Below, piece by piece: positions 27,829 through 39,503 of a stretch of 64,000 bases of DNA. Source of the stretch: Phoronis australis. Taxonomy: Eukaryota > Animalia > Phoronida. The notes beneath the pieces were generated by a model. The model ran no database searches, was not told the DNA's origin, and saw only the letters and a list, made by a program, of their open reading frames with translations. A program made the translations under genes and the position numbers. Location: NCBI GenBank assembly GCA_002633005.1, contig NMRA01000012.1, forward strand, positions 400,487-464,486. The letters run 5' to 3'. Every line of letters starts with the position of its first letter. The stretch's first letter is position 1.

Positions 27829-27955
27829 GTTCAGTAATGCTAGGACCTACGCTAGGACTACCTCGCCAAAATCACGTGTTCTCATTTAAAATACACAATA
27901 TCTCATGTAATCTCGTGAAGTCTTGCTTTTTAGCGAGGTCCTAGGGTACCTGAAC
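27829..27955 (+). mobile_element. 157-bp MITE family C, eroded copy
   Basis: gttcagta..gctaggacctacgctaggac...ctttttagcgaggtcctag matches 42433-42589. Confidence 0.75.
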
Positions 27956-28089
27956 TGTACCCAGAATCAGCCTTTTTTGGCCTTATGCCTTATGAGGGAA
28001 AGTATGTCATTTTTGCAGAATAAGGACAAGTATGTTTTGAATAATGCTCCAACCACTTGAATTTGGGAAATTGTTTATAATTAGGAATA

Positions 28090-29145
28090 TCGTGTTCGCC
28101 CTAATAAGCGCCCAGGGTGCTTAGAAAATTAGCTTCAGGAAGGGGGGGGGCGCTTGTTATAGCCCAAAAGTGGTTGAAAGCCGGTCTCTGAAACAGGTGA
28201 AGTCGTAAGCTAGAATTCATCAAATTTACGCTCTGTGATGCATCTGTAACCTATGACAGAGTTTCTACAAAATTGCAGTGCATTGCTATCAAATTTTGTT
28301 GTTAAATACAAGCATTTTTCAGAAAATCCCAGTGTGAAAACTCGCCGACTGATGCGTCCGTCACTGCCTCATGATTGCCGATAGCTCAACTTAAATTCTT
28401 GAGTAAAAATATAGTTTTGACTCGACAAATTACTTGAAGTCGTCGTTAAGTTTACAAAATAGATTTTTAAGTTCCTATGGAGTCGGTATTAACAGCATAT
28501 TCATGGGCGGCGCACCATAGGGGGCTGGGGGGGCTATAGCCCCCCACTTTTTTCAGTGCTACGGGGCCCATGGTCTATAGGCGGTGCACCACAGGGGGGC
28601 TGGAGGGCTTTAGCCCCCACTTTTTTCATTCTGCGCTGCCCATGATATTAAATCCAAATCTGTGCTAGATCGTACTCCGCAACACGAGAAAAATCTCTGG
28701 ATGAACACACATGTTGTCACGTGATGTTTGTTTTGAAGTTCGTCTTTGTGTATGAGTGAGCGAGCTGTGCATGCCATCAGAGTTCATCTGCCAGAGTAAA
28801 CGTCATGTAACAATCTAGGTACTTGAATGTAGCATGCTTTCCTGGGCAAGGTCAGCTAAACTTTTGCGTTGTTTTTGAACAGCGGAAGTTTGAATTGTAC
28901 AGTCACGGCTAAATATCAAGATAGCGGCGAGACTCGTAGTCTACAAATTCCGCGCACAAGGATTTTTTCAGGACTGTCGGATCTTATTGATAAATTGAAG
29001 ACGTTACTGTAGAATTTTAGAACTGTAGGTAAGGCATTTTTCGCATTTACACGGCATTCATGGACTGGGCGCTTATTTTAGCAAAGTCTGAAAACGCGTG
29101 GGGGGGCGCTTATAGGGGCATGGGCACTTATTAGGGCGAATATGG
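28090..29145 (+). mobile_element. Tc2-like MITE family A, both TIRs present
   Basis: TA|TCGTGTTCGCCCTAATAAGCGCCC ... GGGCACTTATTAGGGCGAATATGG|TA. CCGTA-type termini with TA duplication are typical of Tc2/pogo-related elements. Confidence 0.88.
28502..28644. mobile_element. 143-bp hAT-like MITE with a 5-bp target duplication, nested in a family A copy
   Basis: ATATT|CATGGGCGGCGCA ... TGCGCTGCCCATG|ATATT. Absent from other family A copies. Contains two internal direct repeats of about 50 bp. Confidence 0.82.
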
Positions 29146-29877
29146 TACCACATATAGTTTTTGTTAGTTTTAAGTTCCATGCAAAATTATTTGCAGACAA
29201 ACAGAATGAGACTAATAACAGAATGAATATTCATAGCTGGCGCCATTGCTTAGTATAGGGAATAGAGTAGTTACCTTTAGGCGAGTCTCCTGTTCATATT
29301 TGTGGAGACTAGTTTTATTAGTTTGAATGCCCTCTAATGTTTTTGGCTGTATTTGTACTTATGCAAATAGAGAAGAGTGTATTTTCTTGTGTCGTGTTCA
29401 GATAGAGAGAAAAGTTTCTAAATCCTTGATACTGATCATCTTCCTGACATAAAATCAATGTGGTTTTGCTGAGATGAATTATTGGTGAATTCTAGCAGAA
29501 AATGACTCTGGGAATGAACATGTCTATAACTATAAGGGAGTTACAACCTTGATAATATGATTCTTCATTCTTACTATTCTATCTACAAATCACTACATTT
29601 CTTTCAACGTTTTCAATTGTTTATTTTCTGCACAAAAAAGTACTAGCTGTCTCATTTGGATTGAGTTCCATAGACCCAAAATACTGGCAAGAAAAGCCAG
29701 TGAAATGACGTGCTTAGCTTGTAATGCATGACAGCTTTGTAACCTGGGCAGCTTTGATAATCATCATGGGCAACTTGCCAACCGATAGTTATGGCTGGGA
29801 GCTGGTGATAACTTTTATGTGAAATTATTCTGAAAACCAGAAAGTCTAACAAGATCAGACTTATGTCAATATTTTCC

Positions 29878-31956
29878 TTTTTTATGCGTGCACATTGATG
29901 TATGTGGTCGTATATTGTCATCGTTAAGTCCGATCTGGGTGTCCAGGCGTCCGGGTGTGCGTGTGTCCGTTCGATATCTCAAAAACCTCTTGTTGGATTT
30001 TGACGAAATTGGCAGAAGGGTGTTGGGCATCAGTAGAATAGCTCATTGTACTTTTCAATCTGCCCGGACCCTCGGGTCAGAGGGACGTGGCTTTTTCTGT
30101 ATTTTTTGGGAAGAGTGCTTCGGGATGATATCTAGAGAACGGATTGACAAATTTCAATAAAACTTGACACAAAGATGTGTCTTATCAATGCACCGGCGTG
30201 ATTAAATTTTTGTGGGCGGATTCGACTATTGTAGCACCTCTTAGTAGCCATTATGATGGCAGCCGCCTGCTCGAAGCCGGTATTATTTATGGCCATGCTG
30301 CGAAGAGTCACAAGAAGGGCCGTGCCCGAGTGCTATCTAATCAAATGCTTACAGGCAATGTCAGCCCTGGAGTTCTGCGCCTTCTGCTGTCACGGGGATG
30401 GTCTGGGGAGGGGATTAATGCACCAGCATATCCCCAATGATCCTGTCCGTGACAGGTATTACAGGTATTACAGGTATAGTAGCCATTATGTTATGCACGA
30501 GGGGCTTTTCAAATGTTGTTTGGGGAGAAGGGTGTTTCTGGATGATCTCCAGAGAACGGATGAGCGGATTATATTGAAACTTGACACAGAGGTATATTAT
30601 GAGATTGCAGCGACACCATTTAATTTTTGGCCAGATTCGATTACTGCAGTGCCTCTTGTGTGAGAGTGTTTTTGGATGATATCTAGAGAACGGATTGATG
30701 GATTTCAATGAAACTTGACACAAAGGTGTGTGATATCAATGCGCCGTCACCAATAAATTTTGGGGCAGATTTGAGTAACGTAGAACCTCCTAGTGGCTAT
30801 TCTGTTATCGACATGGGCTTTTCAAAGGTTGTTTGGCTGGAGAGCGTTTCCATATGATATCCAGAGAAACGTTTAGTAGATTTCTTTGAAACTTTGACAC
30901 AGAGATATACCGGCACTACTTGATTTTCGGCTGGATTCGACTACTGTAGTGCCTCTTAGTGGCTATTTTTCAATATGGGATTTTGAAGTGTTGTTTAGGG
31001 GAAGAGCATTTCCAGATTTCAGTGAAAGATGACTCAGTTTTCTGATGACAGTGTGCCTACTGTATTATATTTGTGGGCGGATTCCACCTCTACAGCACCT
31101 AATGGACATTTTGTTTTCCACAGGGGCTTTTGAAATGTTTTTTGTGGGAAGAGGGTTTCTGGATGACATCTAAAGAACAGATTGACAGATTTCATTGAAA
31201 CTTGACGCAGAGCTTTAATATGAAATCGCGCTAGCATCGTTTGATGTTTGTGCAGATTTGACAACTGCAGCGCCTCCTAGTGGCCATTTTGTGTGAAAGC
31301 TATTGTGTATAGAACTGAGAGGAGGATTTCAATGAAAGTTGACTCAAAGGTATGTTTAGGCAATGTGGCAGCACCATTAAATTTCCAGGTAGATTTGACT
31401 AAAGCACCCCTTAATGTTAATGGCCTCTTACGTTTTCGACATTAGGGTTTTCACATGTTGTTTGGGAGAAGAGCGTTTCCGGATGATATCAAGAGAATCA
31501 ACTGATGGATTTCTGTAAAACTGGACATAGAGGTATACGAATACGATGACAATGTGCCGACACCATTTTTTTACCACCATGACACCTCCTAGTGGCTATT
31601 TTGGAAAGAACATTTGTGGATGCTGTCTTTTGAACTGATTGATGAGTATTAATTAAACTTGTCGCAGAAATATATGATGACAATGCGCCATCACTATTTG
31701 ATTTTTGTTTGGATTCCATTACTGCAGCACCTTCTAGTGGCCATTTTGTGCTCAAGGGGTTTTCATATGTTGTTTGGGGAAAGAGCAATTCCGGATGATA
31801 TCTATAGAAGTGATTGACGAGGTTTCAATGAAACTTTACTCACCATTTGATTTTCAAGGCGGATTCGACTACTACAGCCCCTTCTAGTGGGATTTAGAAT
31901 CATATTGTATACGATGTACTGTGAATGCATGTCAATGTCCCAGCATTACTCTTGTT
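29878..31956 (+). mobile_element. Helentron-associated non-autonomous element (HINE/DINE-1-like) with internal tandem array
   Basis: 5' T-run plus ATGCGTGCACA sub-terminal IR, GTCC-like microsatellite, repeats containing gatttcaatgaaacttgacaca, and a 3' tgtgaatgcat, short hairpin and ctcttgtt end. Confidence 0.75.
30256..30476 (+). mobile_element. 5'-truncated retroposon (SINE or LINE 3' end) inserted in the HINE
   Basis: 14-bp direct repeats TAGTAGCCATTATG at 30242-30255 and 30477-30490. The 3' tail is (ACAGGTATT) about 2.8 times. Confidence 0.8.
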
Positions 31957-32896
31957 GATGTTCTTTGATCCTTTATTGTTGTAGTCAGTTCTAGTATCAA
32001 TGAAATTTACTTGTCCTCATGTTAAAAATTGGCCATTCACGGCCATGTTTTTAAGGTCAAGGTCACACATTTTTTTTGACCTGTAATTTGCATATTTAGG
32101 ACAAAAAACTGAAACGGAAATATTTGCAGTTTTAGCACTGTATTCGTATCCAATCTACTGTTCACACATAACTATTTCAATCCTTATTACTAAGCATATT
32201 TGATTTCATCAATCAAAAAAATCGGTTGATACCTTCTACGACGGGATATTGCCTGTACGCCTACGACTTCTACATTGTCGATGATGTTCATAGTGTTGTT
32301 GGTGATGCCTGTTCTTCAGGATTGTCCTTAAGTGTCATTGGTGTCAAGGGCATTAATGTCTTTGCTGTTTGTGGCATCATCTTCATTTTCTCCCCAGAGT
32401 GCTTTCATCATCTTATGCTGTGGACCTGTTTAGTTTAACTTACAGTAGCCTTAACCTTTAAATCTTGTGTGATTAATATGACACTGGCATGTGTCACATG
32501 TTTCATGTCAGTTTTCTTAGCTGAGGTCATGAGAGACCAATTGATATATTCCAGTGTCTTGGAGCAGTTTTAGTTTTGATGATCTTGTATGCAATCCCAA
32601 GAGCAGGTTTCTAACAAGAAAAACGAGATCATGGAAAATTGCACAAAATCATACGGGTGAAAGGTGTGTGCTTCGCATTTCAACTTGCGATCTTACTAGC
32701 CTAGACTAGCAAAATGGATGCTACTGAAGATATTTGTCAATGAGCCTGCAATGTTGATTTGTAAGAGACAATTCAATTGTTTCTTCTGTAAAAGAAGATT
32801 GTTTGTTGTGCCTCGTGAGTGTCTTGTTAAGAATAATAACAGGGTACATGACGGTCATTGCAGCACAAACAAAGACCACAGTGTTGGGCTCCAACC

Positions 32897-34570
32897 TTTT
32901 TTTTCACAATTAATACATTTATTACAAAAGACAGGTACACATACAAATATACACGACACAACACAACAACGTACAGAACTGTGCAAAAAAAATAAGGAGC
33001 AAGCATTTCATTGTTACTTCGAAGTTAAAAAGTACTACTTAAGTTTCTGTTCTGGCATCTGGTCAACTCTCTGGGTCCCCTCATGTTTCAAATACACATT
33101 TCCAATCTTCCCATTTTTTGTATCATTAAATTTCTGTGTGTTTAACGAAGCACTAATTTCTACATTAAAACATTCATTCAAAAATTTTTTAAGACATCCT
33201 AAATTAGGTTTGACGTAAGCAAATTTCCTTTTAAAAATGAAAATTTTAGTTTGTAAAAGAAACCAATTCAAAATTCTATTCTTTTCATTTTGAAGACCAA
33301 ATATTATGGTGGTTTTGTCTATTTCAAAATTTACTTGCATTGCAGTCGTTAACCAGAGATGTACCCCGTGCCAGAAAGAATTAACATATTCACATTCAAA
33401 GAATAAATGTTCTAGAGTTTCGGGAAAGCATTTACAAAATTTACAAGCATTTGAGTCCACGTATCCAATCTTATTTAAAAAGTATTTAGTAGGTAGAATT
33501 CTATGCAGTAAGCGAAACTGAAAGAAAAGTAAGCGTGTGTCATTCGTATATTCATGTGGAAGTTTGTAATAGAAGTTCCACATCTTCTCTGATAGCGAAA
33601 ATCCCAATACTTCGAATTTCTTTTGAGCCGATAGTATTATGTCATTTTTGCACAGAATTTAGTAAGAATCCCGACACCACTTTTACGTCAAAATAATATT
33701 TTTTAGGGAAAAAGGTACAAGTGGTCCATATGCCTTTTTTAGTATTAAGTTTTTGGAAAACGTTTTCAGGTATTTTTTTATTGCACTGACAGTTGAATAA
33801 TATTTGAGAAAGCTGACATTAATCTGATGAATCGTCTAGAAACTTTCAAAGGTGTAGAAGTTACCATTCCTGTCTAAAAAATTGTTCACAAATATTATAC
33901 CATTTTCAACGAATGACTCATAAATACAAGGGCTGTGTTCCACCGTTATACTACTGTTGGCCCACAGATTAATTGACACCGCATCTTCGTGACCTGAAAT
34001 AGTTTGTTTGTGAATTAAAAGGCTCCAATACTGGAAGCATTCTGCCCAAAAAGAGTTACAATTATCCGATCTAGTTAATCTATAGTCTCCATAGTTCAAC
34101 ATTCCATCTCTAGTAAGCCCGATATCTTTTTGCAACAAATAAGTCCATGGGGATGTTGTTAAAAAGAATCTTCTAATCCATGAAATTTTTAAAGACATAT
34201 TAAGTTTTTTGACATCAATCATCATCAATCCACCCTCTTCTATGGATTTAATGAGTACTCCTCTTTTTATTTTATCAGGTTTCCGTCCCAAATGAATTTA
34301 AAAAACAAAGTTTCAATATCTCTAAAAGTAGTATCATTGGGACTTGGGAGCAGCATTAGCAGATGTATAATTTTTGGAAGCACAAGTGTTTTTAATACTG
34401 TGACCTTTCCAAAAATAGTCAGCTTTCTACGAGACCATATATTAATCAGACTCTTCATTTCCATTATTTTTGCATCAAAGTTATCTTTGGACATGGTATC
34501 CATTAGTTCACGCTGAAATTAATACCCAGAAGCTTCAAATCAACGTCACCCCATTTTAGTTTCCAACGCG
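32897..34570 (-). mobile_element. 5'-truncated, frameshifted L1/Tx1-clade LINE (ORF2 C-terminal part)
   Basis: Consecutive minus-strand ORF pieces: WSRRKLTIFGKVTVLKTLVLPK..FFKFIW, KIKRGVLIKSIEEGGL, FQFRLLHRILPT and the zinc finger CKFCKCFPETLEHLFFEC. AATAAA (minus strand, 32918-32923) is followed by an A8 tail at 32897-32904. Confidence 0.92.
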
Positions 34571-37068
34571 TGCGGTGAAACACTTCTTGCGAGCCTTGTT
34601 TGTCTTGAACACTTCAGTGTCCTGCTTTATCTGTGACGCGTATTTTGAGATAGTCGTTGGGGTGTACTTCTTTTTGCTGTCTTATGAATTTTGTTGCCAA
34701 GAGAATAAGGAATTGTATAAACTTGCTTCACTGTATATTGGAGCACAATTTTTGTCTTTGATCTCCAGCTCTGCTGTAATAGGCGACTGGATTAAACTAG
34801 TTTTATTTCTTATTGATTTTTGCAATAACTCCTATTTTGATCTCCAATCCTGTTTAAATTGCTGGTCTTTAGAAAGCAATTGTGTTTAAGTCTCACCTAT
34901 TTCAGAAAAAAATAGTTGCCAGAATTGCCCTTTTATCATTATCATCCGAATGTCTGCTGTTTTTAAGGTAAACCCTTGGTTATGTTGGATGTGAACTGGA
35001 TAGGCCAGCTTTTGATATTGCTGTTAATATCTTCAATTTTTAAGTAGTATTGTATGAAGGGCTTTATCCAGGATTTCGAAAATAGGGTGTCCAAAATGGG
35101 TTCCCAATATTCCAGAGCGTCCATAATTCCATTCCAACGACGCGTTACCNNTGAGGTTTTTTACAAAAAATGCGTAGAACAAGGCTTTTACATCTCAATT
35201 TACAAAAACAGCTCCCTTGTAGTGAATTTTTTTCTAAAAAAATGTGTTGGTCAAGACATTTATGTCTAAATTGACTAAAATAGCCAAATAGCTTACCAAA
35301 CAAGTAGGCCTATCACAGATATTACAGATATTGGTTCAACGATGAGTGCACTGTTTTTGGTTGATCTCAAGTCAAATTGCTATTATAAAGTTGATCATAT
35401 CTTAACTAGCTTCATATTCTGTACAATGAGTCATCAAAGCTGCTGTTACCAACACAAGAAAAATGCGCAGATGATGTGTGGTTTATATTTTGGCAACAGG
35501 TGTCATTGCTGCTCCACATTAAGACGCACATAGAAAAGCAAGAAACGGGCGCAAACTGAAACATTTTAAATGGGAATATTCATGAGGAAATTCATGAGGC
35601 ACATCATATTATTAAAATAATGACATTTATTTCGCTATTGATGTTTTTAAAAAAGATGAAAAAATTGAAACTACAGCTCTGAAACACCTGTGTTGACCAA
35701 AGTCGGTGTCGCTGTATAAAGTACTGAATTGCAGTTAGACTCAAGACCAGTGGAAGCAGGCACACTCTGGCAACCAAACACATTCTAATGATTGACAGGT
35801 CTGCTTAATACTTTGAAAATAGTTTGAACATTGTGACATTTTATATACATTGTATCTTTCTTTCTGAATTGAAAGGGCCAACTACTTTCTTGAGTAATTG
35901 CTCATCTTTCATTAATTGGGAGTGCCAGTAATTTTACTCAGGAGAAATTCTTATTGAGGGTGGGCATCCAAATAATACATTGGGCATCCAGATTAGAGCT
36001 CCGTACCCTGCATGAAGGCCTGATTGTATGTTGGTAGTTGCAGATCTGGTAAAATTTGAAGCCCTTCTCTGTTGCTACTCATTTATATAGAAGTACCCTA
36101 AGCGAAATTCTGTAACTAACCACAAAGTAATGGCTCAGAGACGGCTGAGCCGGTTGCGGTGAAACTCTGCATGGCCCTGGATATTAACGCCATGGGTGTA
36201 ATCGCTTTGACGTTCAGCACGAAATCGCTGCTCAGTTATTTTTTGTGTACCTTCAAAAGTTTTCAAAGTCATTCTCTCCCAAACCCCTGTCCTTGCATAT
36301 AGGTCACGCATCACATCCAGGGTGATAGTTTTTGAGACGTGGGGCATTTGTTAGTCGCTCTAATGCTGCTGTGTTAATGTCGGGAAGCATTTTGCCGTCC
36401 TTGTGCAGTTCTGCATGTGCCATGTTCTTGCCCGAGAACGACATGGCACCTCTATTCCTGTAATATAAACAGCTGTGAAATCTGAAAGAGTATGCAGCAC
36501 CTCCCCAGTCACAGCTAGCGGATTGTCATTACATGAAAGGGAATAACACCAACTTGATGGTAAATTCCAAGTATTCCCCTGCCCCTGGAGGGGAAAATTC
36601 CCAGCAGCCCGTCATTCTCTGTAAAATTAAGAAATGCAGACAACCTGGACCAATTTGCTGTACTTGGGTAACATGTTTTCTGTTATACAAAACTTGTTAA
36701 TATCTTTATTCCATTCTGTTCATATATGGTCAAACGGTTTGCTGTCTTTCCCGTCAATTACCCATGCATCTTCAGAATGGCGCCATCCAAGAACATTTTC
36801 TGCTATGTCATAAAAGTAAAATCACCCGTCAAGAAATTTTGGAAAACACACTAGTTCGATACATAGAGCACGATGTGCTTCTGTTGAAAGTATTGGAGTC
36901 GCTTTTGATTGCATTCAAGAAGCAAACAGCAAACAGGGTCATGCCGCACGCTACACTTGTTTGCATGACTTTCCTGTTACCCCCCTCCATTTGTTATTCT
37001 TTGCAGTATTTCACACCTGCCGTGTATGTTACTATCTTTTGCTCTGCGGTGGTATCACTGAGTCTTTA

Positions 37069-39455
37069 CCGTAATCGTTCGGGTTAACGCCCTGGGCGGT
37101 TAAATTGGCGAATCCAAAAAATCGGGGGAGGGCGGTTAACCGAGCAGTGGGCGGTTAAATCGAAAATCCACCTAAAGTAGGGGATGGGTGGTTAACCGAA
37201 CATGGGCGCTTATTACGACAGACAACCGCCCTGGGCGGTTAATCTTACCTGGCGATCTAAATCCCGACACGACAATCATACTCGGAACGCGTAGCCCTTT
37301 TCAAAGAGCTTTATCGTCATCGTCACGTCGCCAAATGACTGTGAAAACGTCAAAACAGCGGATGATCCCAACAAAGGTTCTCTTGCCCTCAGATTAGTCA
37401 TTCACTATTAAATTCACAAAATTGCTGAGTAATAGTCCCGTGCCGTCCAACGGTGCGCAGACGACCAGTCACCACGCAGCCTCCACTAGAATTAAAACTG
37501 TTTCAAGGTGTGACCCTGCTTAAGTGCGCGCGTGCAAGCTTCACGTGTTGCAGAGGTCAGACATCGAATTTATGGTTACAGTCTCGTACTATATGTAGCT
37601 GTCAAGTTCTGAGTCAGAGAGCAGTTTTAAAATTGGTTGTAATAAAAGTTTGAAAAACTTAACTTTGCTGTTTTTTTTGTGTTTGGGATGTTATAGTCGA
37701 CACTCCGTGACTCAATGACATTTTCAGCGTATGGTTCTGCGGCTAGCTGTCTTATCTCGACAGCCCGGCATTGCTCTCTTACCGTTGCGCCAAACATGCT
37801 ATGCAAAGAAGTAAGGATCGGGGGTGGTCGAGCCAGTCGTCGATCAAGAATAAAATTTCAAGCAACTGCATCAATATGTTACAAAACGATCACCTTACAA
37901 AACTTCGTGGTGGAAAAACATTTATTTTTCATGCAAGATGTCCAGATTATCCTATTTATATCACTTGTAATATCGCACTGCGGCACTGTTCGGTCCCGCT
38001 GTTATCGCGCAATGTATCAGTCGGCTGACAATCGTGACTTGGAAATGCCGTCAAGTAATATAATGGCCTCTTTCAATATGCATCTCGTTTTTTATGGCCA
38101 AAGATAGTGGCGGTATTCAACACGCACGTAGGGCCTACGTGTCAGTCACCTGTCAATCACATGTTGGTGTCAAGGTAACATGCACTCCAAAGTGTGGGAA
38201 CTTGCGCATGTGCACCACTACAAATCAGTCACACATAGCGACAGTCCGACGAAGTAACAAAAACGGGCGTGACTATGTACTTTTAAGCTGTTGTTACGAA
38301 AGACCTAGTTTTTTACGATATTCCTCAATGTTCCCCAAAACTGCGATGTCAAGTCTATTCCCATATTTCCCGGCTCAAAGCTCCCTATAAGCCCATCCCT
38401 GTAACTAGCTGCGTGAATCTCCTACCCACTATCGTCAAGCAGTCTACGTCGTAGATATTTCAGACTCGAATGGTAAGAATTTTTGTTCAGGCTGAAAATG
38501 GCCAATGTATAAACAAAATTATTCTGGATGGCTAAAAAGGGGATGTGGAAACGATAATTCACACAGTCGCGCTTACGTGGGGACTGACGCAAGAAATAGT
38601 AAAGAACAGCCAGCGACATTAGTTAAATCTGCTAACCAGTTTGACTGAGATGCAATAAGCGAAAAACAAAATTTGACTAGCCGTTTTTTTATTACTTCAA
38701 GATCATACACAAACATACATTATTGCCAACGTTTGAATTCAGAAATCGACAGCCAGCAATGAAATCGGTAACCCAGTAAGGCACTTGTGCTGTCCCTTCG
38801 GTCGCCCGCGATCCTCTATAACCCGGCAGTTATACTCATCAAAATATTGAGAATTTGACATCTTTCCGTGAGTTGTGAGATTTGTTCAAAATACGAGAGC
38901 TTCCCACCTTAATAGAATTTGGAGGGTAGGCAAAACCACTGTCACATTTCTCTGGTCTGATTTTTTCGAACATATGTTTTATCTAGTGCACCGCAGACGG
39001 AAACTTAGCGCGGCAGACAAAGTCGCTGAAAGCGGAGGTTTTGACGCCGGCGGCGTTCTTGAACTTTGCAAACAAGGGAAGAAAATAAAGTGACAAAAAG
39101 GTTCAAGTATTATGTTTTGAAGTGAGTTCATGACCCAAGACAATAACTCGTTACCTGTATTGTAATTCAGATTGCTAAACCACCGCCTCGGAGTCCCGGC
39201 GTCGTTGCACTCATTGTGATCATCGATCTTTTTCTAAAAGTCGGGGAATCGCGCGTTTCCTTAGCACTACGCGCTAAATCTTCATTCTTTAAAAGTCGGG
39301 GTTGGGCGCTTAACCGAGAGGTGGGCGCTTAACTGGAATTTTTCAAAAATCGCAGGGGGGCGCTTAACCGAGCAGGGGGCGGTTAAATCGAAAATCCACT
39401 TAAAGTCGAGGATGGGCGGTTAACTGAGCATGGGCGTTAACCCGAACGATTACGG
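37069..39455. mobile_element. 2387-bp non-autonomous Tc2-like DNA transposon (family B)
   Basis: Perfect 24-bp TIR CCGTAATCGTTCGGGTTAACGCCC with TA on both sides. Sub-terminal GGGCGSTTAA repeats. No recognisable transposase ORF. Confidence 0.93.
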
Positions 39456-39465
39456 TAGTTATTTC

Positions 39466-39503
39466 TACTTGAGAATGAGACGAGTATGTTTCGAAATATT
39501 GTG
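39466..39503 (+). ncRNA. Variant hammerhead-like motif at the 3' end of Penelope fragment 1
   Basis: tac-TTGAGAA-T-GAGAC-gagtat-GTTTC-GAAA-TATT-gtg: same architecture as 42790-42826 with core changes at positions 3 and 8 and palindrome AATATT. Confidence 0.5.

Noticed and set aside
32718-33218. 166-aa plus-strand ORF
   Set aside because: Largely antisense to the Tx1 LINE 3' end, with no recognisable protein features.
37188-39093. Cluster of short ORFs inside the 2.4-kb Tc2-like element as a possible transposase
   Set aside because: No HTH/CENP-B or DDE motifs recognisable by eye. Higher GC content explains the ORF density.
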